A stretch of 64,000 nucleotides of DNA, taken from contig OZ024742.1 of the NCBI GenBank assembly GCA_964016885.1, forward strand, positions 94,736,001 through 94,800,000. The letters run 5' to 3'. Source of the stretch: Eledone cirrhosa (Eukaryota). The first letter of the stretch is position 1. The number at the start of each line of letters is the position of its first letter. A program made the translations under genes and the position numbers. The notes below the pieces were generated by a model. It did not search any database, had not been told where the DNA came from, and saw only the letters and a list, made by a program, of their open reading frames with translations. Of the stretch, positions 27,038-38,870 are shown piece by piece.

Positions 27038-27074
27038 CTTTTGAAAAGCAGAAGAACTGCGAAACCGGTAAAGG
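27038..27074 (+). ncRNA. Minimal hammerhead ribozyme, U3-A8 variant (second copy)
   Basis: CTT-TTGAAAA-GCAG(aagaa)CTGC-GAAACCGGTA-AAG; inverted copy of 25641-25678 with helix I shortened to 3 bp. Confidence 0.6.
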
Positions 27075-27214
27075 AACCAAATAAATATATATATTTAAAA
27101 AAAAAATAAGACTCCTGTTGTATTTTCGATTTCATCTTTTTCTCTTTATACTTTCACTCGTGTAGGACACCTCGGTTATTTTTCATTTTGTAAAAAAAAA
27201 CAAAAAAACCTCAC

Positions 27215-27292
<78 letters not shown>

Positions 27293-27782
27293 GTGTGTGT
27301 GTGTATAATGAAATATATGGAGAATAGAAATGGCTGTGTAGTTGCTATTAAGGTAACTTAAAATGCAGTGGGAATACGAAGAATGCAAGACCGGGGGGGG
27401 GGGGGTTATCATCAGTTGTCTACTGGAGGTCTCGCATATTTCTACAATTTAAAGACAAGATACCACTTCAGTCCAGGGCAGCAATAACTGGATAAGTTAT
27501 TGGGAAAATTAAGGGGAAGAAAACAGAAACAGTAACAAAACAGCGAAAAAAAAAACACAAACCGAGTAATGTGCGAGCTACTATAGTGTAAACAACTATA
27601 AACAGGAATGTCAGTAATTTCCTAATTACCTTATTACCAGTAAGAGAAATAGCTCAATGTATGAACATCAGTTGTTTTACAGAGCAGTTAAATAAATAAA
27701 TAAATATATATATATATATATATATAAATTAATAAAAACAATGAATAAAAATAAAGAAACAGTTCCTTATATTAAAAAATTC

Positions 27783-27897
27783 ATCATTTTACGATCGTTT
27801 CTAGGATATATATGTGTGTGTTGGTATGTATAAAAATGTTACAGACTATCGGAGGGAATATACATACCTACACATATATTTTGTCTTCAGAAATAAT
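27783..27897 (-). ncRNA. Hammerhead ribozyme with extended helix II (inverted copy)
   Basis: Minus strand: ATTATTT-CTGAAGA-[~80 nt hairpin domain]-GAAAC-GATC-GTA-AAATGAT. Confidence 0.6.
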
Positions 27898-28269
27898 TGT
27901 TTCTTATTTAGGCACAAGGCCAGCAATTACCCAGTGCATTACTGGTACTTTATTTTATCGACCCCGTAAGGATGAAAGGCAAAGTCAATCTCGGCGGGAT
28001 TTGAACTCAGATCGTAAAGGGACGTAACTATGCTGGAAAGCATGGCGTCCGACCCCCTACCGATACTGCCAATCCACTCAGAAATAATTGTTTCTACTTT
28101 AGGCACAAGGCCAGCAATTACCCAGTGCATTACTAGTACTTTATTTTATCGACCCCGTAAGGATGAAAGGCAAAGTCAATCTCTGCGGGATTTGAACTCA
28201 GATCGTAAAGGGACGTAACTATGCTGGAAAGCATGGCACCCGACCCTCTACCGATACTGCCAATTCACT
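27898..28269 (-). mobile_element. Head-to-tail dimer of SINE family A inserted next to the hammerhead helix I
   Basis: Two near-identical units separated and flanked by gaaataat. Confidence 0.9.
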
Positions 28270-29152
28270 GAAATAATGATATTTGTTTATTGAAGAAAAA
28301 CAACAAAGATTTAATATAATAGGCCTGGTTGGGAACAGGTTTTGAATTGACCAATAGAAAGTAGTAAGTGGTAAAGTTGATAGAATAGTAGTAGTAGAAA
28401 TTTAATTTAGGGGTAGAGGAATGCAGACTTCAGTTTTGAATGGAAAGAATATTTTGAATGAAAAGATTACTTTGGGGATGAAAAGAGGTCAAGCCGGTGA
28501 AAGGTACACGAAAATTTGATGTTATTAAAGAATAATGCTAATGTTAAAATCGAAGGAGATAAAATTTTAAGATAAATGTGTTAGTGAGAAATACCAATCT
28601 TATTTAAAACAAGGAATTTAGGTCTATAAAAAGAAATTAAATTAATTTAATTGATAGGTATATTTATAGGGATAAATTTATATTAATTCATATAGATGTG
28701 ATAAATAAGAGTTAGATGTTATTAAAGAATGTTGTTAAAAACGAAGGAAAAAAAATTTTTGGTGGGATAAATGTATTAGTGAGAAATAAAAAAACTTATA
28801 TAGACTACAAGGAATTTAGATTCATAACAGGAAATTAAAATAGTTTATATGTATACTTATAGGTATTAATTTTAGGAAAAGATAGCTGTAAAAGGGAAAT
28901 AAAATTATGAAGTTCTCAGTAGTAAAATACTAATTATAGGTTAACTAAATTTTAAAAAAAAAACTAATTATAATAATTTGTAAAATATGTGTATATTAAT
29001 TAGGTCTATAATATTTGAAATTTCTTCTAATTCTATGATTGCACGATATAATTAATTCTTGTCGCTTATTTAAATAAGCGATAATTCAAAACCTGTTCCC
29101 AAACAGACCTATTATATAAAATCTTTGTTGGTTTTTTCAATAAACAAATATA

Positions 29153-29284
29153 ATTATTTCTGAAGACAGCATATATATGTGTAGGTATGTATATTCCCTC
29201 TGATAGTTTGTAAAATGTTTACATAGATCTATGATACACATACCAACACGCACATATATATCCTAGAAACGATCGTAAAATGAT
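29153..29284 (+). ncRNA. Hammerhead ribozyme with 99-nt helix II domain and palindromic helix III
   Basis: ATTATTT-CTGAAGA-[atatatatgtg...cacatatatat]-GAAAC-GATC-GTA-AAATGAT; helix I 7 bp including one GU. Confidence 0.7.
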
Positions 29285-30037
29285 GAATTTTTAATATAAG
29301 GAACTGTTTCTTTGTTTTTATTCATTGTTTTTATTAATTTATCTTGACTCTGTTTTCCTGTGATTTTCATCGAAAAAGTTTTTGAATACATCTCTTTTCA
29401 TGATATTTGGATTACATTGAGTTTTTCATACGGATTGGACACTACCGTATATTTTGGTAGATCTATCTACACACATATATATATATATATATATATAGTT
29501 TTGCGATGTTTTTCATATGAAATCGTGTGTCGAAACAAATATTGTTATACTTGGGGAGGGTCATATTTGTGTAATATTGCCAGAATTAATAACAGAACAC
29601 ACTCACTGTTTGGTTGGTTTTCGCTTCTGTGTCTTTTATGTCGGTTAATTTAATTTATTCGGTCCTCAATGTTACCATTGACTGACCAACTGTCAAAAAT
29701 TGAGATACAATATAGACACAAACACATATATATAGTCTATCAAAATTCTTTCGTTGCACATCTGCAACTTCGTCAGTGGTGATATTGTTTCCTCCCGTTG
29801 CATTGTATGTCTACGCCATCTTTATTCAGTCTGTTTATATATTTATTTATTTATTTATTTTTTGTCTTCTTTGCGAAAGCGTTTGCGTGTGTGTATAGTG
29901 TTTTGTTTGATGTGTGTTCGTGTTTGGGTGACTGTGTATTGGTTAATGTATTCTATCTTTACTAGTGTGTGTTTATATGTGTTTGTTGTTATTGTGCTTG
30001 TGTATGTATTTATTTATTTATCTATTTATTTATTTAT

Positions 30038-30465
30038 TTATACTTCTCTTAGGTCAGTCTTGTTTGTTTGGGTGTTGTTGTTATTCCATTCATTTTTTCT
30101 GTTTTGCCTTGGCCTTCTAAGTTCTATTTCGCTGGCCTCTCTGATTTGCCTATCTGCTGGGTCATTTCTATGTTTAGATATTATTTTAATTTCTATGTTG
30201 TCTATGTTACCGTCGTGTTGTTGTCTGGCATGTTTGTATAGTACTGAACCGTTTTCTCGTCCTTTTAGTTCCTCCCAGTGTTGGTCTATCCTTTCACCTA
30301 TGCTACGAGCTGTCTCGCCTATGTATATTGTTGTCATGTTTCTGCAAGTACCCTCTGTACATCTTATGCTATATACTACGTTTCTAGTTTTACAGTGTAC
30401 CCGGGGGTTTACTTTACATATGATACATTTCCTATTAGTACAGTGAGTTTTCTTAAAATCTGTTT
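30038..30465 (-). mobile_element. Penelope-like GIY-YIG endonuclease domain (open frame, 5'-truncated element)
   Basis: CTNRKCIIC...CKTRNVVYSIRC...IYIGETARSIGERIDQH...HARQQH...REASEI. Confidence 0.85.
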
Positions 30466-30729
30466 ATATAACATGCTCAATATTTAACTTTTCACCATTG
30501 CTCCTTATACTCTGATGTCTGTAACATAACACCTTTTTGTAACTCCTGTTATTCAATATGATGTCACTGACACTGTCAATAGTTATGTATATTTATCACT
30601 GTTCTGAAGACTAGGATTTTAATTACCTGTTTAAACATTGTGTATGCACCGATGTTTCCAGACATTCGTCTGGAAGAAACAATTGTCTGAAATTAATTGT
30701 ATTAAACTAAGATTTCATTGTTTTATATT

Positions 30730-30810
<81 letters not shown>

Positions 30811-30849
30811 AAGTATACAAAATATAAAATGAAATTAAACGCAACTCAA

Positions 30850-32010
30850 CAGTAGACCCCGATAGGTCCCTGCTCGCATTCTGAAGGTGTATCGATACTA
30901 ACTTGCATTTCATCTAGCTAATCTATGGAGGGACTCACTGGATGCTGGCTAGGCTATATCCCTGAAAGGTTTCGGTTCCAGTCTGTCGTCCCAGTATTCT
31001 AAAAGGCAACAAGTTCCTTGCAGCGAATTACCGTCTGATCTCACTCACCCTTTACATCATTAAAGCATTTGAGATGGTAGTGCTATCATGAATATCTTAC
31101 TTCCTCGAAAGCAACACTCTGCTGAACTCCTACAAACATGGGTGCCGTAATGACAGGGAATGACTAACGTAGCTCCTACATCAATTTGTTGACATTTTAA
31201 GAGCTTTGGGGGAGGGCTTCAACACTGATTTCATTTATCTTGATTTCAGCGAGGTTTTGACAGGGTTGATCAGATAATCCTGTTGAAAGCACTATCCCGC
31301 ATTGGTGTCTCAGGAAATTACTACCATAGATCAAGTGTTTCCTCTCAAACAGAATCCAATATGTTGTCGTCGACGAAGTACAATCAAGCTCATCCAAAAT
31401 CAGTAGTGGTGTCCGACAAGTCACTGTGTCGGGGCTATTTCTCTTCATTATTTACATCGATGACATTATCGACGTTATTAAGCACAGCAACATAAAAATA
31501 TTTACAAATGATTCCAAGCTCCAAAATGTTATCAGTGGTGTATGAGACCACACGTGCCTTACATAGGTGATGTTATCCAATGAGCAGAAAAAACAATATT
31601 CAACTAAACGAGGATAAATTTGAACTAATCAACTTTAGAAAAGAGGATGCACTCTTGTGGTATCGCACAACACTAGAGACGTTGAAGAAATTGGTGATAA
31701 AAATCTAAGATGAGCTACACATATAAACAACAAAGTTGACATGGCCTGCAGGATGTGTTCCTAGATTCTCAGGATTTTTCGGTCTAGAGAAATTCACACT
31801 ATCCTCCTACTCTAGCTAGCTTTGCCCAGCCTTGAATACTGTTGGCCAGTGTTGTCTCCTCACACAGAACAAACTACTATCTATGATATCTGTAGCACCC
31901 AGAGATTAATTACAAAATAGATAGACGGTGTGACAGGCCTTGGGTCGTGCGGTCGACTAGAAACATTCAAACTCTACTCTCTCCAAAGCCACCGTGCTAC
32001 ATCATCTTTT
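30850..32010 (+). mobile_element. CR1-group LINE RT fragment, decayed
   Basis: NYRLISLT, IYLDFSE, SGVRQVTVSGLFLFIIYIDD and IFTNDSKL motifs. Confidence 0.8.
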
Positions 32011-32634
32011 TCGCACACGTGTTTGGCAAGAACATGAGTTTTTAGACCTGCCAAGGGAGATACATTACGTTTTACTTATACTAGAGCAAAATAAAAAGTA
32101 TTTTTGATCTATGACCAGCCATGATGATGTAAGATACGTTAAAGATGTTTAGATCAAGTGATGTATGTGCTTGAAGCTTTTAGACAAAACACACAAAATA
32201 GCCAGTTTTATTATGACAGTCTTTGGTAATTGTCACTTTTTCCGTTGATCAAACAACGTAATAGCCTGCTTATGAAATTGACGTGTCATTGGTTGAGCAT
32301 TCTACAGATATGCGCACCTTTAACTTAATATTCAGGGAGATTCAACGTGACACCTTGTGTGATAATGCTGGCCCTTTTGATTAATCGTAATATCCTTTGT
32401 GTCAGCTGTTTGCTCTAGAGAAACATATGGCCTTACAATGCTAAGCGGAACACACTAACGTCTAAACCACGCGCCTTCACATTGTTCTATATACTGTTGA
32501 ATAAGGAAGTATCACAAACTAATATATGATAAACTTTGTTACTAATTGCAATGTCTAAATATTTAATTTCTAGTCTAAATATTTAATTTGTATTGCTACA
32601 TGAGCGAAGATGACAGACGTATATTTAAGTGTTA

Positions 32635-32825
32635 TGGTTTCTAATTTAGGCACAAGGTCATAACATTTAAAGGAATTAATTAAAAAATCGATTATATCGA
32701 ACCCAATGTACTTTATTTTATTGACCTCGAAAAGATGAAAGGCAAAGCTGATCTCAGCATGATTTGAACTTCGAACGTAACAGCCATAATAAAAAATGTA
32801 AAGTAATTTTCAGACGCCTTATCAA
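32635..32825 (-). mobile_element. SINE family A, decayed
   Basis: ggcacaagg...gatgaaaggcaaag...gatttgaact. Confidence 0.7.
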
Positions 32826-35498
32826 TTGTATTTTTGTATTTTTTCTTATTAGTTTAAACGATTGTAATTATAGAAAAAGAAAAAAAGATTACGCTTTTAT
32901 ATAAACTATTTTTGAATATATATATTTAATTGTTAAAAGTTCATTAATTCGTGCTGTGAATTCGGAAGTAGACATACAAACAATACCATGTTTATAGACG
33001 TATTTTGAAGTTGAGTCGACAAGCTTATATTTTTGACAGATAAAATTATTTGAAGCCGTTTATTTTGACAACCTTTTCATTAATTTTCAGTTATAGCGAG
33101 CATCACAGTTCCACGGTGAAATATATCCAGATTTGATAACCAAAGAAGATACTTTAGATTGTGCGTTTGATGTGTAGCCGTCAGATAATAGTTTTATTTA
33201 GACGAAGCAAGAGAATGGATCATCGTGTTGGTAAAGAGAAAGCAAGTTCTCCGAGTTTTAGGGTTTATTGCCGCTGATTGTTCACTTAAGTTTTTCTCGG
33301 TCATACCAATGTGTCCTGCAGATGTAAATAGGCATGTGACAGGATTTTGCATTGGATTGAACTTGTACCCAAAACCTAACGTATTTTATGTTAAAAGAAT
33401 CTCATGCATCAAAATTTATTTCCCCCAGCCGTTATAGCTTTGAATTATCAATCAAAAACTAAGACAATAAAATTGTATAGAAATTCGTTGCTTCTGTCGG
33501 GCCTTTCAAATCACGTAGACGGAAAGTGTCTGACATATTCCATTGGCTGGTTTCACATAGGTTTTCGTAACGATTTAAATTGTCCTCAAAAGTTGTAAAA
33601 TGTTTAATAATGTACTGCATACCAAACCTTTCAAGGAAGTCTGGCCATATAGATTAAATATAATTAAATATACTGAATATTCGTAAACCACTATTACTTT
33701 GTCCAGAGTAAGAGTTGATCAGCTAAATCAGTTCCACTAAGATTGAAACTTATCTAGCTGATCCCTCGTTTCTGTTCATGATGATATTGTATAAACGGAC
33801 AGTCATATTTTTATGATTGTCCAGTGTATTTGACGAAGTTTACAGTGCTGGCTGAAATATATAGGTTTGTTCTGTGGTATGTTATAGCATAAAATACGAA
33901 GACCTCAGTAACTGATTAATTGTATAATGTCTCTACTATGTCAGTTCCAATGTGAAGAAACAAAGGTCCTGGGTTAATTTTAGGATTAAGGTCCTGATTG
34001 ATAAATGTTAGGAAATACTTAAATTCCGTAATATTTCAATTATGGATAGTTTATTTGGAATGTTAAATTTGTTTGGTAGAGCCCTCCTTTATATTTTGTT
34101 TTGGTGATTAATAACCTTTTAAATGATAAAATTCAATCTAAAAGAAATAATATATCACAAGTAGCCTTCACTAACGTGGAACGGGAAGATGTGGCATAAA
34201 TGTTTTTATATACAAGCAGCTTTTATAAAATATTTTGTTTTGTCATTTTTATGTTCAAAGTTGTTTAGCTCCTGGTCAGCAATCATCGATGTAACCTACT
34301 ATCCAATATGTTGTTCCTGTTTTAAGTTAGCAATGTGTGATTTGAGAGAGAATTTGCTGTTATTCAAACATGTTGAGTAATGGGATAATCTTTAGAACCC
34401 TTTACAAAATGCCAGTTACGACTATTTAACTTCTACGTTTAAATCCCGTCAAAGTCAAATCTGCTTTCAACCTTCTAGTGTCGGTAAAATACTCCAATAA
34501 ATCATTTGAGATGTGAACGAAATTATATAATAGAATATTAGGACAATATAGAGGCTTCTCATTGACTAACATCAAGTAGTATCGATTCTGATCCAAGGCA
34601 CTCCAGTAATGCACACCCATCATTGACTGCACAATCCAATTTGTTCTTCCATTTTCCAGGTGGCAGAATTTGATTGGAAGGAAATTTGGCTATTATTTCT
34701 AGTAGTTTCAATTGCTTAAAGGTTTATTTATTTGTTATGTTTTGATTTTTCTCCTGGTTCTGTAAATCTTTCAATCAATCGCTTTGGAATCAATAAATTT
34801 AATACCAATCATGAAATAAGTTCGATTACAATTATAATACACCTACTCGACACATTTATTACATCCTGCCAATGTCATAGATTATTATTTCATATAACTC
34901 AGCATTTTCTATTGTAAAAAATAATGGCTATTTTAATAAATTTCTTTAAATGAATTTTATTATTTTTTATAGGGGTGTGAGAGTAGAGGGTAGTGATTGG
35001 TATGTTTCATTTTTTCTATCTTTCATTCAATAGTCGAATTTTCATTATAAACTTTCGACATTTTTTCAGCTTTTCATCTGCGAGTGTTTATCATTATAAT
35101 ATTTTTTTCACTTAGAGCTCTCTTTCAAAACCCAGGAAAATGTTGAAATTATGTAGGAAAAGAAACTGAATGTTATATTTTTTTCAATTTCTAACTTTTA
35201 GAAAAATCGATTAAAATGGTGCATTATTTAACTATATTTTCTAGTTCTGTTTAAAAATATAAAAAAGAAACTAGACGTGAAAAGTTTTAATCATGTCTCG
35301 TTAGACATGTAGTTTTTTTAGTGTCAGGTCGACTTTGTTGAAGCGACTTATGATGAAATGAGTTCCAACCGTGACCACCCCATTTTATAAGTATTTTACG
35401 TGTCCTTTATGTTTTGTATTTATCAATGGCGCTTTATTGTCATATAGCAAATATATAAAATTAAATAGAAATGTAAGTATGCATACGTACACACACAC

Positions 35499-35547
<49 letters not shown>

Positions 35548-35799
35548 GTATGGATTATATCGAACATTAATAATATTCGATTTGCCTCCGATTATATTAC
35601 GAATTCTGTCGAATAGTCTTAAATACTTCGATACTCCGATTAAAATTGTACCGTACCGATGACAAATCGTCATCCGTTTGTTTAACACTGGCATTGAGGA
35701 ATATATACATATAATCAACAAACTATTGCTAGGAATTTTATCAGGATAATACACTAAAACATATAATCAAAGCAAAAAAGTAAAAACAAACATGAATTC

Positions 35800-36015
35800 A
35801 TCACTAACTGCGTCAATCGGTCACATACCACAAGGGTCATCGGAAAATTTTGAGGCAAACCAACACGCTAACAGAATTACCGCGGGTGATGGCGACTCAA
35901 AGGCGCTGAAACAACCAAATGCCCTCACAGCCATCACGGTAAGGTGAGCCGCTATCGATGTCAAGAACTTCACTGTCAACGGGCCAGCTCCTCCAAACAC
36001 CTCAAGCGTCACAGG
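35800..36015 (-). mobile_element. CRE-type LINE 3' stub
   Basis: EVFGGAGPLTVKFLTSIAA and, in another frame, GIWLFQRL.VAITRGNSVSVL; 3' UTR shared with the 21465 copy. Confidence 0.7.
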
Positions 36016-37414
36016 CTAGAAAATCTGCAACACCGAACTATATTTATGTTTGCAAAGTGGAATAGATTATTTCTATGTAACCTCGTTGGATTATTTAAAT
36101 GTCCTATCCTTGAATTTGCTCTAGTTGCATTCCTGGTAATTTTACTTTTTAATCACTGTAGTGTATTTCTTTAAAATATACTCGGTTAATTAAAAAGTAC
36201 CGTCGTTTCTATTGGAAAACATTGAGAAAATAGACATAAAATAAACATAAAATATATATAAAATAAACAATCCTTGATACTGTGACTATAACTGGATTGT
36301 CCGCAAAGCAAACAAGAATCTCAATAAAATATATTTAACACACCCAAGTAAGAAATAAAAAAAAAAAAAATCCTCAAATCTAAAGGTTTCCAACATCAAG
36401 TCCAAACGGTTTTGGAACAAATGTAAGCGATAAACTCTATCCTGGTACTTATCTAAAATGTATTTTATCGATTTCGAAGAAATGAAAGGCAAAGTTGCCT
36501 ACAGTGAGATTTTAAATCCGACCTCCTCTTTTGATAATTAGATACTCCCAAACATTAAGCTGCCATAGACAAGTTCTATTAACTGGTATTAACAATATGC
36601 GACGGTTTCAGTAACATGTCGAAATAATCAGTTAACCGAAAGGACAGTATTTTGAAGGAAAATAACGAAATAAATCATTGAGAGAAAATTAAAATGAACC
36701 ATATTAACCAAAAAGAGAGTGAAAACATAGCCGGGAATATATATATATATATATATATTATATAAAACTTCAAAATGAATATGTTTCACTTGAACGCTAA
36801 AAATATTAGCAAAAAGTTCACCCAAAGCAATAGTGTTCAAGCAGAAAATGCTGTAATAATTTGTAGACATTGTACAGAATTCTAAGACATACGAGGTCGA
36901 ATTAAATGAAACCCAAACGTAGTAGACAACAGCGATAGTATGAACGGTGGTTAGAAAAATCCCACATTACATTCCCTTTGAATGAACAAGAAAGAACAGG
37001 TGAGTTTATTTTTTTTTTATATATAATTTATATTTTTTATATATAATTTCCAATGATTTTATTTATATTGCCTGTTTTCACTACCGAATGCAACTCTGTA
37101 CGTCTTGGGTAAGTGATGTGTTTGAAACAAGAATATTTATTCCGTGAATAGTTAACTACGTATATGGACAATAACAGAATAAAATAGTAAAAACATAAAT
37201 AACTCGAAAAAACATATACATTCAATGAATTATACACTTCATCAGAGAATACCAGTTTCAGTGTTTTGTTTTTGTTTTGCAATGTTTATGGTAGTGAAAC
37301 TACCTGAAGTAATTCATGTAAACTATTACTGTTTTCCTAATGTTATGCATCGTTGTAAATTCTGCAGTTTAGGTAGGTATTGGGTCTATCATTTAACTAC
37401 TTTTGCAACTTGTG

Positions 37415-37600
37415 TCATTCAAGACGTTTTGGGTTGCAGGGCCATTGACATGAGCGTCTTGTCAATGTTAGCGGCTCGACTTACTGCAATATCAAGTGAT
37501 GCTTTTGAAGGTGCATTTTTATTTCAGGGCCTTTGCACCACTTTCACCCACGGCAAATCTGTAAGTATCTTGTCTTGCTTAAACACTAGCATTCTCTGTT
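37415..37600 (+). mobile_element. CRE-type LINE 3' stub, older copy
   Basis: LAARLTAISSDAFEGAFLFQGLCTTFTHGKSVSILSCL. Confidence 0.55.
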
Positions 37601-37682
37601 TTAGTATGTAATTAGTGCATACGTCCTTTCCCTTGATTTCTATTTACTTTTTTTTTTTTGTGTAAATTATATTTACTATATG

Positions 37683-38028
37683 GAGGCACATGGCTTAGTG
37701 GTTAGAGCATTGGCCTTGCAATCCAAAGGTTGTGAGTTCAATTCTCAGACCGGGTGATGTGTTGTTTCCTCTAGCAAGATACTTTATTTCACATTGCTCC
37801 AGTTTACTCAGCTGTAGAAATGAGATGATAAGGACTGGGGTCCCTATCATTCCACTGCAAAGTGGTCGTGGAGGTGCCACGGCAAAAAAGCACCCAGCAC
37901 TCACTGTAAATGAGGTTGGTGTTCGGAAGGGCATCCAGCTGTAGAAATCAAGCCAGAATCAGTTCCCGTCCCACCCTTGCAAGCAGGGAAAAAGCGAACG
38001 TAAAATGAAATGATGATGATGAATGATG
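37683..38028 (+). mobile_element. Full-length CORE-type SINE with (TGA)n tail and TSD atatg
   Basis: A-box, B-box, CORE and RTE-like tail; boundaries supported by the empty paralogous site at ~40335. Confidence 0.92.
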
Positions 38029-38692
38029 ATATGAATTACATTTATATGAAAATAAAATGAATGTCTCATCGTTTATTGTTAAAGGTCAGGTTTAGGGCAA
38101 TGGTAGATTAAGAAGGGTGTTGAGTGAGCTATAGACACTGGGTCGCAATTTTATTACCATAAATATATTAGATGACATGTTCAGCCTGGGTTTAGGATTT
38201 GTATGGTGTTAGGGTTGAAAAGAAATGTCTGGTTTTTATATATTTTTTATATTGGATCGGCTAAAGACATCGTCTTGCTTGCACAATTTATATTTTGGCC
38301 TGATTTCTGTGGATGGGTACGCTTCGTAACGCAAACCAATTCACAGTGTACTGAAAACAATTTAACGCATTGACACAACCTTAGAGAGTGTTCATCAAGA
38401 CGTAAGAGGCTTCTCTATCCTAAATTGTATTCCTTATTTGGAAAGATTTCATTATGTTCAGGCTGCTTTCAAAATTTTCTGCAACCTTTTCTGTGACTTT
38501 TGTATGGGCACATTCTATGTTTAATCAAAGCATATACTGAATTGCAATTATTATATTGCTTTTGTAATAGAAGGCCTTGTGAATGAAGAAAATGGACATC
38601 ATTCTCTTTTGCATCACCAACATCAATTACAAATTATCGCTGGTTTGTAGAAGCTTTCGAAAAATTTCGTTCATGACAAAATCTGCTTTTAA

Positions 38693-38870
38693 ATAATTGT
38701 TTCTACATTTGGCACAAGGTCAGCAATTATTCCAGTGCATTACTGGTACTTTATTTTATCGACCCTGTAGGGATGAAAGGCAAAGTTAACCTCGGCGGGA
38801 TTTGAATTTAGACAAAGGGCCGTAACTCTATGCTGCAAAGCATAGAGTCCGACTCTCTACCAATACTGCC
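38693..38870 (-). mobile_element. SINE family A
   Basis: Matches the other copies over its full length. Confidence 0.88.

Larger units (their letters stand above)
27726..29341. mobile_element. Penelope-type element remnant with inverted terminal modules, each carrying a hammerhead
   Basis: 27726-27897 plus 28270-28349 is the reverse complement of 29083-29341; internal ~200-bp-period direct repeat starting near 28519 and 28715. Confidence 0.7.

Noticed and set aside
29754-30446. 230-aa hydrophobic ORF resembling a membrane protein
   Set aside because: Antisense shadow of the GIY-YIG frame plus a low-complexity UTR
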